Shown piece by piece: positions 1-9,034 of a stretch of DNA of 64,000 nt. A program made the translations under genes and the position numbers. The stretch is from contig CAYXXF010000021.1 of assembly GCA_964469005.1 (NCBI GenBank), positions 41,336 through 105,335 on the forward strand, given 5' to 3'. This DNA comes from an uncultured Anaerolineales bacterium. Lineage in GTDB: Bacteria > Chloroflexota > Anaerolineae > UBA4142 > SHND01. The notes under the pieces are model-generated. The model had not been told where the DNA came from. It worked only from the letters and a program-made list of their open reading frames with translations, and did not search any database. Positions within the stretch are counted from its first letter, which is position 1, and each line of letters opens with the position of its first letter.

Positions 1-119
1 AACACGCGGTCTGTCGGTTGAATGTCCAGCGATTGAAACATCAAACGCACACGCCGCTTGAACGCCATGTCCGCTTCATTTTGCGTAAGCCGCGCGAGGC
101 GCACTTGGTCAACACTCAT
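1..119 (-). CDS. 5' part of a probable class I SAM-dependent methyltransferase, running off the window edge
   Basis: ATG at 119 overlaps the TGA of the GT4 gene (ATGA). It reads MSVDQVRLARLTQNEADMAFKRRVRLMFQSLDIQPTDRV.., ending just before an expected LDxGCG motif. Too short for the ORF track. Confidence 0.55.
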   Translation of the reverse strand, partial: MSVDQVRLARLTQNEADMAFKRRVRLMFQSLDIQPTDRV

Positions 120-1267
120 TTTTTCACCAACGACTCGAACAACGCTTCGTATTCATCCAACGTTTGTTCCGTATTGAACACTGCGCGAATTTCCGCGCGC
201 GATTTTGTGTACGCCTCGCGATGGTTCAACACTTGAATCAATCCATTCGCCAATGCTTGCGGGTCGCGCGACGTCACTAATTTTCCCATGCCCGTTACGC
301 GCACAACCTCACGTGCGCCGGGAATGTTTGTCGCGACGACGGGTGTACCGGACAACATCGCTTCAATCTGCACGCTCGGAAAACAATCCGTGCGCGACGG
401 CAGCGCAAACACATCGCACATCGCGTAAAAATTCGCGAGTTGCTGTTGTTCACGAATCAAGCCGAGCGTTACAATACTCGCGCGTTCTTGGTCAACCAGA
501 TGTTTCCATTTGTCAAAGAAGTGTTCATATACCACATTGATTTCGCCCGCATACAAAAATTTTACGTTTGGAATTTTCGCGCGCACGAGCGGAATCGCTT
601 GCAATAAATAATCGAACCCTTTTTCTTCGACAAAGCGTCCCGCAAAGCCAACCAATTTATTTTCCGTCAAGCCCAACTCTGCGCGCCATTGCGCGACCTT
701 TTCCAAATTCGGTTCGGGAATTTCAACCGGCGGATAAATGCAATCCAGTTTCGCGCGGAACGGCGAAAGAAATTTGCTATTGTCCGCATAATCGCACGAG
801 TGAACTGTGATGCGCGCGGCTTCGCGTTCGCCTTGCATCATGAGCGCCGTCGTGACACGTTCGATAAATTGGTCGCGCGGATTATTTGGCATGACCAAAT
901 CGCCGTGATGTGTAATGACCGTCAGTTTGTGATGCAGCAACCCAATGCGCGTCACGAGGTTCGTTTCGAGCATTGGCGTATGCACTTGCAGTACATCCTG
1001 TTCGCGCGCAAGCTGATTCACCGCGCCCATAAATCCGGGCATCAGGACGCCGCGACTCATGTGCGTCAAAATCGGCAAGCGCACAATTCGCACACCATTG
1101 TACGTTTCCTCGCGTTTCAGTTCGGGCAGATATTGAGAAGTGAGGACGGTGATTTCATGTCCGCGCTGTGCGAGTCCTTCCGCCAGACGCTTGGCATACG
1201 CTGTCAGTCCTGTCCAATGAGGATAGTAATACGTCAGAGTGACGAGAATTTTCAAACTCTGCTCCAC
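116..1267 (-). CDS. Glycosyltransferase family 4 (GT-B)
   Basis: 383 aa. Motifs FAGRFVEEKG, DVFALPS..DCFPSVQIEAMLSGTPVVATNIPGAREV. Confidence 0.92.
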   Translation of the reverse strand: MEQSLKILVTLTYYYPHWTGLTAYAKRLAEGLAQRGHEITVLTSQYLPELKREETYNGVRIVRLPILTHMSRGVLMPGFMGAVNQLAREQDVLQVHTPMLETNLVTRIGLLHHKLTVITHHGDLVMPNNPRDQFIERVTTALMMQGEREAARITVHSCDYADNSKFLSPFRAKLDCIYPPVEIPEPNLEKVAQWRAELGLTENKLVGFAGRFVEEKGFDYLLQAIPLVRAKIPNVKFLYAGEINVVYEHFFDKWKHLVDQERASIVTLGLIREQQQLANFYAMCDVFALPSRTDCFPSVQIEAMLSGTPVVATNIPGAREVVRVTGMGKLVTSRDPQALANGLIQVLNHREAYTKSRAEIRAVFNTEQTLDEYEALFESLVKK

Positions 1268-1291
1268 ACCTAAAAATTGTGCTGAACGGTT

Positions 1292-2284
1292 TCAACTACT
1301 GCGCGTTTCCGTACTGATATTTTGCAACTTGGATAAATCCAATCCTTCGCGCCACGCGGAACCGATGCCCAACAACATCAGCATAATGTACGTGATGCCG
1401 TGCAATACAAACGCGTAGGCGAGGGCTTGGTTGCGGTCAATGCCGTACAATGCCAACACATTTACACAAATCAGGTGAAAGACCCCAAATTGTCCCGGCG
1501 AAGGCGCAACGGTTACGGCTAACGCGGCGGCGACTTGGACGAGCACGCCCGCGGCAAACGGCAATTCAATGCCCATCGAAAACATTGTGAGCCACGCCAG
1601 CAAGGACGCAACGAGCCAAACTTCGAGTGACCAGAAACCGGCTTGTAACACCGGACGCGGCGAACGAATTACGGCAAAACCATCAATCAAATTGCCAATG
1701 AATTTCCACAGTCCTTCGCGGTCCAAAAATTTAAACGGCGATGCCAGCTTTCGCAAGAATGTAATGCCGCGTTCACGCTGCAATGAAAGGAGCGCCAAAG
1801 CTACCAGCGCCCCAATTCCGATCGCGCCCAACACCAAACCATTGTTCACCCAATCGCGCGGCACGTTTGGAATAAACGGCAGCAAAAACAACAACAACAA
1901 GACAACGGTCAAACCGTCGAGAGCGCGTTCCACCACCACCGTCGAATACGCGCGCGCGATTGGAATTTTTTCCAAAGTGCCGAGCAGGTACGGACGCGCC
2001 AAATCGCCCAAACGCGCAGGCGTGATGTTGCTCAAAAAATATCCGATGTTCAGTGTGGCGAATACGCGCGCCCAGCGCGGTTTGTATGGGTCAAACAATG
2101 CTTGCCAGCGAAACGCGCGCCCAACATAACTTACCATAAAGGTAAAAATCAAAACGGGCAGCCACCACCAATTGAATTTGCCGAACGATTCGGCAAGTTT
2201 ATCGAGTTGAATGCCCTGAAACGCCAACACGAGGGAAACAATCGTGATGACCAGTCCAAGCCAGAAGCGTTTTGATTTGAGCAA
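1292..2284 (-). CDS. Lysylphosphatidylglycerol synthase TM / flippase-like membrane protein (UPF0104)
   Basis: 330 aa polytopic. Motifs RAFRWQ, FLSNITPARLGDLAR, STVVVERALD, PSPGQFGVFH. Confidence 0.88.
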   Translation of the reverse strand: MLKSKRFWLGLVITIVSLVLAFQGIQLDKLAESFGKFNWWWLPVLIFTFMVSYVGRAFRWQALFDPYKPRWARVFATLNIGYFLSNITPARLGDLARPYLLGTLEKIPIARAYSTVVVERALDGLTVVLLLLFLLPFIPNVPRDWVNNGLVLGAIGIGALVALALLSLQRERGITFLRKLASPFKFLDREGLWKFIGNLIDGFAVIRSPRPVLQAGFWSLEVWLVASLLAWLTMFSMGIELPFAAGVLVQVAAALAVTVAPSPGQFGVFHLICVNVLALYGIDRNQALAYAFVLHGITYIMLMLLGIGSAWREGLDLSKLQNISTETRSS

Positions 2285-2323
2285 ATTTTTCCTTATCCAA
2301 TAGCACGCGCACCGTCAGAACCG

Positions 2324-2353
2324 TTGACGCTGCGCGCGAGGTGATATTATAAT
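2324..2353 (+). promoter_or_regulatory. sigma70-type promoter of the Mrr-like gene
   Basis: TTGACG (2324-2329), 18-nt spacer, TATAAT (2348-2353). GGAGGAG RBS at 2381-2387. Confidence 0.65.
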
Positions 2354-2390
2354 GCCGTTACACTTCCTTACGAAAACGCGGGAGGAGACT

Positions 2391-4064
2391 ATGGCGAAAC
2401 GTTATCAAAAAGAAATCAGCCATTTTGGGCTTAACAAGCACCGCCTTATCACAGGCACAGACCAGTTCATGGTTGAGCGCAAGGCCAAGTTGCAACTTGC
2501 AGAGTGGGATGCTACTTGGGCTCGCCAACAAGATGCTCTGATGAAACGTGACCAAGAGAATAAGGCACGGCAATTGAAACAGCAAACGCGTAGCCAGCAG
2601 GAAATGGAAAAGCAAGCACATCTCGAATCTGCCAATCAAGCAACAGACGATGCAAAAGCAGCCATCGAAAAAATTGAAAATCTTCTCGCTGCTGCGCTTC
2701 GCGTCACGCATCGCATTGATTGGGACTATCTTCAGGATCACTCCAAATTCTCAATACCAAAGCCCGTGCCTCCAGTTGTAGAACGCGCGCCAACTTTGCA
2801 AGACGACGCTTACAAACCAAAACTTGGATTCATAGGAGTCTTGTTTGGTTCTCGGGCTCAAGAGATTAGGGCGAAAGCAGAACAGCAATTTAAGCAGGAC
2901 TACGCCAACTGGGAGAAACGCAAGAATAATGCAGACCAAATACACCAATCAGCCCTAAGCAAATGGGAACAAGAAGAGAAAGCGTTTTATGGAGTTCAAG
3001 AAGTAGCAAACACACATATTGGCAAGAGGAAAAGTGATTATTTGGCAAAAGCACCTGAAGCAATCAGTGATTATTGCGAAATGGTCCTTGCCAAGTCAAA
3101 ATACCCCAATACATTTCCGACAGAGTATGAGCTAGAGTATATGCCTGATACCCAAACTCTTGTTGTAGATTACCAGCTACCTGCTTTAGAAGCTCTTCCC
3201 AGTGTAAAGGAAGTGAAATATGTAACGGCTCGAGGTGAATTCAAAGAGACCAGACTTTCTGATTCAGAACTCAACAGACTTTACGATAGCGCGCTGTATC
3301 AGTGTACCTTGCGTACACTTTATGAATTATTTGATTCGGATCAAATTAATGCTTTGACAAGTATCGTATTCAATGGATGGGTGCGCTCCATAGACAAAGC
3401 TACAGGTCAAGAAAGGACAGCGTGCGTTCTATCTGTACAGACGAGCAAGACCGTGTTTTTGGAGATCAATTTGTCGCAAGTGGATCCAAAGCTTTGCTTT
3501 AAGAACTTAAGAGGGGTCGGGAGCTCAAAACTCCACTCACTCACTCCAATTGCACCACTTGTGCGAATTGACCGTGAGGATAGTCGTTTTGTAGATGCAT
3601 ATGATGTCCTTTATCGTGTTGATGACACAACAAATATTGCAGCAATAGATTGGGAAGACTTCGAACATCTTATCCGTGAACTCTTTGAAAAGGAATTTGC
3701 ACAGTCAGGAGGAGAAGTCAAAATCACTCAAGCCAGTCGAGACCGTGGTGTTGATGCTATTGCTTTTGATCCTGATCCTATACGTGGCGGCAAGATTGTC
3801 ATTCAAGCGAAACGCTATACCAACACCGTCGGTGTTTCAGCAGTCCGCGATCTCTATGGAACTGTGTTGAATGAAGGAGCAACCAAAGGCATTCTTGTTT
3901 CAACATCCGATTATGGTCCCGATGCACATGAGTTCGCTAAAGGCAAGCCACTTACACTTCTGAGTGGAGCGAATCTACTCCATCTTCTGTCAAAACATGG
4001 GTATAAAGCAAAAATTGATCTACAAGAAGCCCGCAGGCTTTATGCAGAACAGCAAAGAAATTGA
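2391..4064 (+). CDS. Mrr-family (type IV-like) restriction endonuclease with long coiled-coil N-terminus
   Basis: C-terminal Mrr_cat-like motifs DWEDFEHLIRELF, TQASRDRGVDAIA, IVIQAKRY, VGVSAVRDLYG, ILVSTSDY. Start moved to the ATG after GGAGGAG. Visibly more AT-rich than its flanks. Confidence 0.85.
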   Translation: MAKRYQKEISHFGLNKHRLITGTDQFMVERKAKLQLAEWDATWARQQDALMKRDQENKARQLKQQTRSQQEMEKQAHLESANQATDDAKAAIEKIENLLAAALRVTHRIDWDYLQDHSKFSIPKPVPPVVERAPTLQDDAYKPKLGFIGVLFGSRAQEIRAKAEQQFKQDYANWEKRKNNADQIHQSALSKWEQEEKAFYGVQEVANTHIGKRKSDYLAKAPEAISDYCEMVLAKSKYPNTFPTEYELEYMPDTQTLVVDYQLPALEALPSVKEVKYVTARGEFKETRLSDSELNRLYDSALYQCTLRTLYELFDSDQINALTSIVFNGWVRSIDKATGQERTACVLSVQTSKTVFLEINLSQVDPKLCFKNLRGVGSSKLHSLTPIAPLVRIDREDSRFVDAYDVLYRVDDTTNIAAIDWEDFEHLIRELFEKEFAQSGGEVKITQASRDRGVDAIAFDPDPIRGGKIVIQAKRYTNTVGVSAVRDLYGTVLNEGATKGILVSTSDYGPDAHEFAKGKPLTLLSGANLLHLLSKHGYKAKIDLQEARRLYAEQQRN

Positions 4065-4344
4065 GGAAAACCTCAATAAGATTGAATGTCGCGTCGGCTG
4101 CGGTGCGTGCTGCATCGCGCCTTCCATTTCTTCGCCGATTCCCGGAATGCCGCACGGCAAACCGGCAGGCATGCGCTGTGTGCAATTGACGGACGACAAT
4201 CGCTGTAAATTATTCGGTCAACCCGAACGTCCGCAAGTGTGCGTCCGCTTGCGTCCCACTCAAGAAATGTGTCGCGATAGTGCAGAAGAAGCCTGGGCAT
4301 GGCTCGCGTGGCTCGAAGTGGAAACCGGTTTCGGCGATTATTGA
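4042..4344 (+). CDS. YkgJ-family Cys-cluster (Fe-S/zinc) protein
   Basis: CRVGCGACCIAPSISSPIPGMPHGKPAGMRCVQL..NRCKLFGQPERPQVC. Start uncertain: in-frame ATG at 4042, or ATT at 4081 where homologues normally begin. Confidence 0.8.
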   Translation: MQNSKEIEENLNKIECRVGCGACCIAPSISSPIPGMPHGKPAGMRCVQLTDDNRCKLFGQPERPQVCVRLRPTQEMCRDSAEEAWAWLAWLEVETGFGDY

Positions 4345-4458
4345 ACTCGCGCGTTTTTTTGATTTTTGCCATCTCGTCGTATAATCCCGCTGCCCCACCG
4401 CGATGTGAAAACTTTCGAGCGCCGATGTTGGATGCTCAGTCCCCAGGAGTTTTCCAAA

Positions 4459-5895
4459 ATGAGCAGTACCCCACTGCGCGATTTCCTCGAAATTCCGTAC
4501 GCGCAACTCGAGGAAATGAATCTGAACGCCAAAGCGCAGCGTATCAATCGCGTTCCCGTTGACATTGTTCAAGAGGAACGAATAAAGTATTTGACCGACG
4601 AGACGCGCATCAAAGCCGTCACGGTCTGTTTCACCGACCTCGAAGGTCGTCTCCACATGCTCGATTACGACAAAAAGTTTTTGTTGAAATCGGCAGACAA
4701 TCTCACATTCGACGGTTCCTCTGTGCGCGGTTTTTCGGCGCAGCGCGAATCCGATTTGCGTCTCGGCATAGACTGGCACGCCTTTTACTGGCTTCCCGCC
4801 GACATCTTTGGTCCGGGCAAAGTCTTGGTCTTTGGCGATGTGTTCGAACGCGACGGCTCGCCCTACTCTGCCGACATGCGCGCGAAAATGAAACAGTTTT
4901 CGCAAGCGTTGTACGACAAAGACGGAACGCAATGCAACGCCGCGAACGAAATTGAAGGATTCATTTTCAACGGACGCGACGCCGAACGCCGTTACTACGA
5001 AACAGGTCAATTTGAATTTGTCAGCACCGGCGGTTATTACCATTCACTGCCGGGCGACCCGCTGCGTCAATTCATTGACACCGCCGCCGAAGTCCAACGC
5101 GCGATGGGTTTCCAAAACGAAAAAGACCATCCCGAAGTCGCACCCGCACAATTTGAAATGAACTATGGACATACCGAAGCATCCATCGCTGCCGACCAAG
5201 TGCAGTTGTACAAATTGATTTGCCGCCAAGTGGCGAGTCGCCTCGATATGAGTGCATCGTTCTTGCCCAAACCGGTGACAGGCGTGAACGGCAACGGAAT
5301 GCACACCAACCTTTCCGTTTCGCGCAAAGGCAAAAATCTTTTCTGGGATGCTGACGGCGACGAACACTTGTCAAAATTCGCATGGAATTTTGTGGACCGC
5401 ATTCTGACGAGCGGCGAACAAGTGTGTCTCGTGTTCAATTCGAGTGTCAATTCGTATCGCCGCCTCGACCCGCACTTTGAAGCGCCGAACCAAATCAAAG
5501 TCTCGCCGATTGACCGCGGGGCAATGATTCGCATTCCAATCGGCAACGAAAAATCTGCGCGCGTTGAGGTGCGTTCTATCGCGCCCGATGCGAATCCGTA
5601 CATGGCGATTTACACCATGCTCAAAACGGGACTCGAAGGACCGCTCGCGAAAAATGCGTCCGAACTGCGCGACCAAAAACGCTATCTCTCGGACAACATT
5701 TACGACGCCATCGCGCACTTCAAGGAAAGCAAATTCTTGCGCAGTGCGCTAGGCGACGAAGTGTGCGAAAAATTTGCCGAACTCAAACTCGCTTCCGCCG
5801 AACGTTGTCCCAAAGCGCTCGGCACACGCATCAAACGCGCCGAAGTGATGTTCCACCACGAAGTGCAGAACCAGTACTTGTGGAGTCAATTCTAA
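4459..5895 (+). CDS. glnA: Glutamine synthetase
   Basis: Motifs FDGSSVRGF, HPEVAPAQFEM, FLPKPVTGVNGNGMHTNLS, NSYRRLDPHFEAP, RGAMIRIP, RVEVRSIAPDANPY. AGGAG RBS before ATG 4459. Confidence 0.93.
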   Translation: MSSTPLRDFLEIPYAQLEEMNLNAKAQRINRVPVDIVQEERIKYLTDETRIKAVTVCFTDLEGRLHMLDYDKKFLLKSADNLTFDGSSVRGFSAQRESDLRLGIDWHAFYWLPADIFGPGKVLVFGDVFERDGSPYSADMRAKMKQFSQALYDKDGTQCNAANEIEGFIFNGRDAERRYYETGQFEFVSTGGYYHSLPGDPLRQFIDTAAEVQRAMGFQNEKDHPEVAPAQFEMNYGHTEASIAADQVQLYKLICRQVASRLDMSASFLPKPVTGVNGNGMHTNLSVSRKGKNLFWDADGDEHLSKFAWNFVDRILTSGEQVCLVFNSSVNSYRRLDPHFEAPNQIKVSPIDRGAMIRIPIGNEKSARVEVRSIAPDANPYMAIYTMLKTGLEGPLAKNASELRDQKRYLSDNIYDAIAHFKESKFLRSALGDEVCEKFAELKLASAERCPKALGTRIKRAEVMFHHEVQNQYLWSQF

Positions 5896-5899
5896 ATCC

Positions 5900-5939
5900 A
5901 AAAAACCTTCGAGGTCTTTGACCCCGAAGGTTTTTTTTT
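5900..5939 (+). terminator. Palindromic repeat acting as a rho-independent terminator after glnA
   Basis: AAAAACCTTCGAGGTC-TTT-GACCCCGAAGGTTTTT followed by a T run. Confidence 0.75.
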
Positions 5940-6046
5940 GACCTGTCGAAAAATCAATTTCTCATTCGTCGTATGAGTGAAAGCAACAATTAATTCAAAG
6001 CGGTAGGACAAATCTGAAATTTGTCCTAACCAAAGGAGCAACCCAA

Positions 6047-6409
6047 ATGAAGTACGCAGTCCTGATTTATTCGCAAGAAGTTCCCGCCGACCAGGTGACG
6101 CCCGAACAATGGGGCGCGGTCATGGCAGAATACAACGCCTACACCAAATTGTTGAACGACGCGGGTGTCAACACCGACGGCGGTGAAGCGCTGCACGATA
6201 CACCGACAGCGAAATCGGTGCGCGTGCGCGATGGCAACACCAGCGTCACGGACGGACCCTTTGCGGAAACCAAAGAAACGCTCGGCGGATTTTACATTCT
6301 CGATTGCAAAGACATGAACGACGCCGTGAAATACGCCGCACAATGCCCCGGCGCAAAATGGGGTACCATCGAAGTGCGTCCCGTGATTGATTTTTCGCAA
6401 CAACAATAA
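6047..6409 (+). CDS. YciI/DGPF-domain protein
   Basis: TDGPFAETKETLGGFYILDCKD..DAVKYAAQCP..GTIEVRPV. Confidence 0.92.
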   Translation: MKYAVLIYSQEVPADQVTPEQWGAVMAEYNAYTKLLNDAGVNTDGGEALHDTPTAKSVRVRDGNTSVTDGPFAETKETLGGFYILDCKDMNDAVKYAAQCPGAKWGTIEVRPVIDFSQQQ

Positions 6410-6416
6410 ACCGCGT

Positions 6417-6484
6417 AGGGCGAAGCATCCTTCGACTGCACTGGTCGGCTATTGCTCACGGTTCCGCTCTGGATGCTTCGCCCT
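6417..6484. repeat. REP-like palindrome (family B), second copy at 51831-51882
   Basis: Perfect 14-bp inverted repeat AGGGCGAAGCATCC / GGATGCTTCGCCCT. 16 bp (GGGCGAAGCATCCTTC) are identical to 51831-51846. Confidence 0.75.
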
Positions 6485-6497
6485 TCAGAAAATGTCC

Positions 6498-6860
6498 ATG
6501 CGCTACATACTTTTGATTTACGCTGACCCTGTCGCGTATCAAGAAATGACACAAGAACAAGAAAACGCCGAGTTTCAAGAATACTTTGCCGTCACTGACG
6601 AAATGCGCCAACGCGGTTTGTATCAATCGGGTGAACCGTTGCAGCCAATCAACACAGCCACAACCGTGCGCGTGAAAAATGGGAAATCAATCACCACCGA
6701 CGGACCCTTCGCCGAAACCAAAGAACATCTCGTCGGCTATTACATTCTCGACTGCAAAAATTTGGACGAAGCGCTCGAGTTTGCAGGAAAAATTCCCGAC
6801 GCGCGGCATGGCGCGGTCGAAGTGCGTCCCATCATGGAAATGAATCTGCCAACGGTTTGA
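6498..6860 (+). CDS. YciI/DGPF-domain protein (tandem paralogue)
   Basis: TDGPFAETKEHLVGYYILDCKN..GAVEVRPI. Start set at MRYILLIY by analogy to the first copy. Confidence 0.9.
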   Translation: MRYILLIYADPVAYQEMTQEQENAEFQEYFAVTDEMRQRGLYQSGEPLQPINTATTVRVKNGKSITTDGPFAETKEHLVGYYILDCKNLDEALEFAGKIPDARHGAVEVRPIMEMNLPTV

Positions 6861-6965
6861 TTTTTGGATGTTCGTCTTTGCCAAACATTTCACAGTCGGC
6901 TGTATGACAGGACAAAAACAAGGGCGACGCTTGAAATTGCGTCGCCCTTGTGCTATCTTGCGCGT

Positions 6966-8228
6966 ATGAGTGAAATCGCTCACATCGTGGAACAAACCTT
7001 TCGCGCCGAACATGGCAAAGTCGTCGGGGCGCTCGTGGCGCATCTCGGCGATTTGGAATTGGCGGAAGATGTTTTGCAAGACGCGCTACTCACCGCGCTC
7101 GAAACATGGGAACGCGACGGCATTCCCCAAAATCCTGCCGCGTGGATGACCACCGTCGCACGGCGCAAAGCGATTGACCGTTTGCGGCGCGACAAAACAT
7201 TTCTCGAAAAGCAACAAGAACTACAGTGGCAAGCAGAGCTCGAGCAACCGAACCAAATTGATTTCGACGAGCGTCCGATTCCTGACGAACGGTTGAAATT
7301 GATTTTTACCTGCTGCCACCCTGCCCTCGCGCTCGACGCGCAACTCGCGCTCACGCTTCGCACTCTCGGCGGTCTCACCACAAACGAAATCGCGCGCGCG
7401 TTTCTCGTTCCTGTGGCGACGATGAACCAGCGCATCACGCGCGCAAAAAATAAAATCAAACAAGCGGGCATTCCTTTTGAAATTCCGCCCGCGCAGCGCA
7501 TTCCCGAACGCATTGACGCGGTGTTACATGTTTTGTATTTAATTTTCAATGAAGGATATTCCGCCACCGAAGGCGACGATTTAATTCGTCACGAATTGTG
7601 CGCGGAAGCGATTCGGCTCGCGCGCATTTTGGTCGAGCTGCTTGACCAAGAAAAAAATCTCGCGCCGAATCCGGAAGCGCTCGGCTTGCTTGCCATGATG
7701 TTGTTGCACGATGCGCGGCGCGGCGCGCGGGTGGATGTGCGCGGCGAAATTGTTTTGCTAGAAGACCAAGACCGCGCCCTGTGGAATCATGCGGAAATTC
7801 GAGAAGGCATCGCGTTGCTTGACCGCGCGATGGAATTGCATACGCCGGGTCCGTACCAAATTCAAGCCGCGATCAGCGCGCTGCACGCCCAAGCCAAAAC
7901 GTTTACCGAAACTGATTGGACACAAATCGCTGCCTTGTATGGACAACTCGCGTTGACACAAAAAACGCCCGTCGTGGATTTGAATTACGCCGTCGCGCTT
8001 GGTATGGCGCGCGGTCCATTGATTGGCTTGATGGTGATGGAAAATTTGCAGCTCGGTGACGCACTCCAAGAATATCATTTGTATCACGCGGCGCGTGCCG
8101 ATTTATTGCGCCGTGCGGGAGATTATGACGCCGCGCGGCGCGCGTATCAAGACGCGTTAAAGCTCGCTCAGACACGCGCCGAACGCGCGTTTCTGCAACA
8201 GCGCATTAAAAGTTTAGAAAAGCAATAA
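6966..8228 (+). CDS. ECF sigma factor with C-terminal TPR-like extension (ECF42-like)
   Basis: LAEDVLQDA, WMTTVARRKAIDRLRR, DERLKLIFTCCHPAL, LTLRTLGGLTTNEIARAFLV, QDRALW, PGPYQIQAAISALH. Lies next to DGPF genes. Confidence 0.9.
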   Translation: MSEIAHIVEQTFRAEHGKVVGALVAHLGDLELAEDVLQDALLTALETWERDGIPQNPAAWMTTVARRKAIDRLRRDKTFLEKQQELQWQAELEQPNQIDFDERPIPDERLKLIFTCCHPALALDAQLALTLRTLGGLTTNEIARAFLVPVATMNQRITRAKNKIKQAGIPFEIPPAQRIPERIDAVLHVLYLIFNEGYSATEGDDLIRHELCAEAIRLARILVELLDQEKNLAPNPEALGLLAMMLLHDARRGARVDVRGEIVLLEDQDRALWNHAEIREGIALLDRAMELHTPGPYQIQAAISALHAQAKTFTETDWTQIAALYGQLALTQKTPVVDLNYAVALGMARGPLIGLMVMENLQLGDALQEYHLYHAARADLLRRAGDYDAARRAYQDALKLAQTRAERAFLQQRIKSLEKQ

Positions 8229-8269
8229 TTCGCTATAATGTTCGCGTCGGCGACGAATGCCGACTGGTT

Positions 8270-9034
8270 ATGTTTCTCCTCGCCTTCAAGCTCATTCTCG
8301 CCCCGCTCTTGATCGCCCTTGCAACGTTAATCGGTCGCCGTTGGGGACACGGTGTGAGCGGTTGGATTGCCGCATTACCGCTCACCTCGGCACCTGTTTC
8401 GTTCATCTTTGCACAGCAATACGGCACCCCCTTTGCCGCACAAGCGGCGGTTGGAACGCTCGCGGGAATTATTTCTGTGAGCGCGTTTTGTTTTGTGTAC
8501 TGCCGACTCGCGCGCTGGCATCACTGGCTCGTGTGCATCATTTTTGCCGTGATTGCTTTTTTTAGCGTGACCGCGCTGCTCAATACATTTGTGTTGACGC
8601 TCGTTCTTGTCTATGTCACAGTTATCGCAGTCCTCACCCTCACCCTGCGGCTCATTCCAAAACCACAAACCAATTTAGAATTTTCGATTCCCAGCAAATG
8701 GGATTTGCCCGCGCGCATGTTGACCGCGATCATTTTTATTTTGGTCATTACGTACGCGGCGGAAGGCATTGGTCCACAGCTCAGCGGACTGATTACACCC
8801 TTTCCGATTTTCGCGAGTATCCTCGCCCTCTTTGCGCATTCTGAAAAAGGCGCAAGCGCGGCGATTCTGTCATTGCGCGGAATTTTGACAGGACTGTATG
8901 CGTTCGCCACATTCTTTCTTGTGGTCGGCGCAACGCTCATGGTATTGCCGATTTTTGTCGCGTATGCGCTTGCGGTCATCGCCGCACTTGGCGTCAATGC
9001 TTTTACCTTGCGGTTTGTACGTCAGGTGGAATGA
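8270..9034 (+). CDS. Uncharacterised polytopic membrane protein (paralogue 1)
   Basis: 254 aa, about 8 TM. GWIAALPLTSAP..GPQLSGLITPFPIFA. ATGA-coupled to paralogue 2. Confidence 0.75.
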   Translation: MFLLAFKLILAPLLIALATLIGRRWGHGVSGWIAALPLTSAPVSFIFAQQYGTPFAAQAAVGTLAGIISVSAFCFVYCRLARWHHWLVCIIFAVIAFFSVTALLNTFVLTLVLVYVTVIAVLTLTLRLIPKPQTNLEFSIPSKWDLPARMLTAIIFILVITYAAEGIGPQLSGLITPFPIFASILALFAHSEKGASAAILSLRGILTGLYAFATFFLVVGATLMVLPIFVAYALAVIAALGVNAFTLRFVRQVE

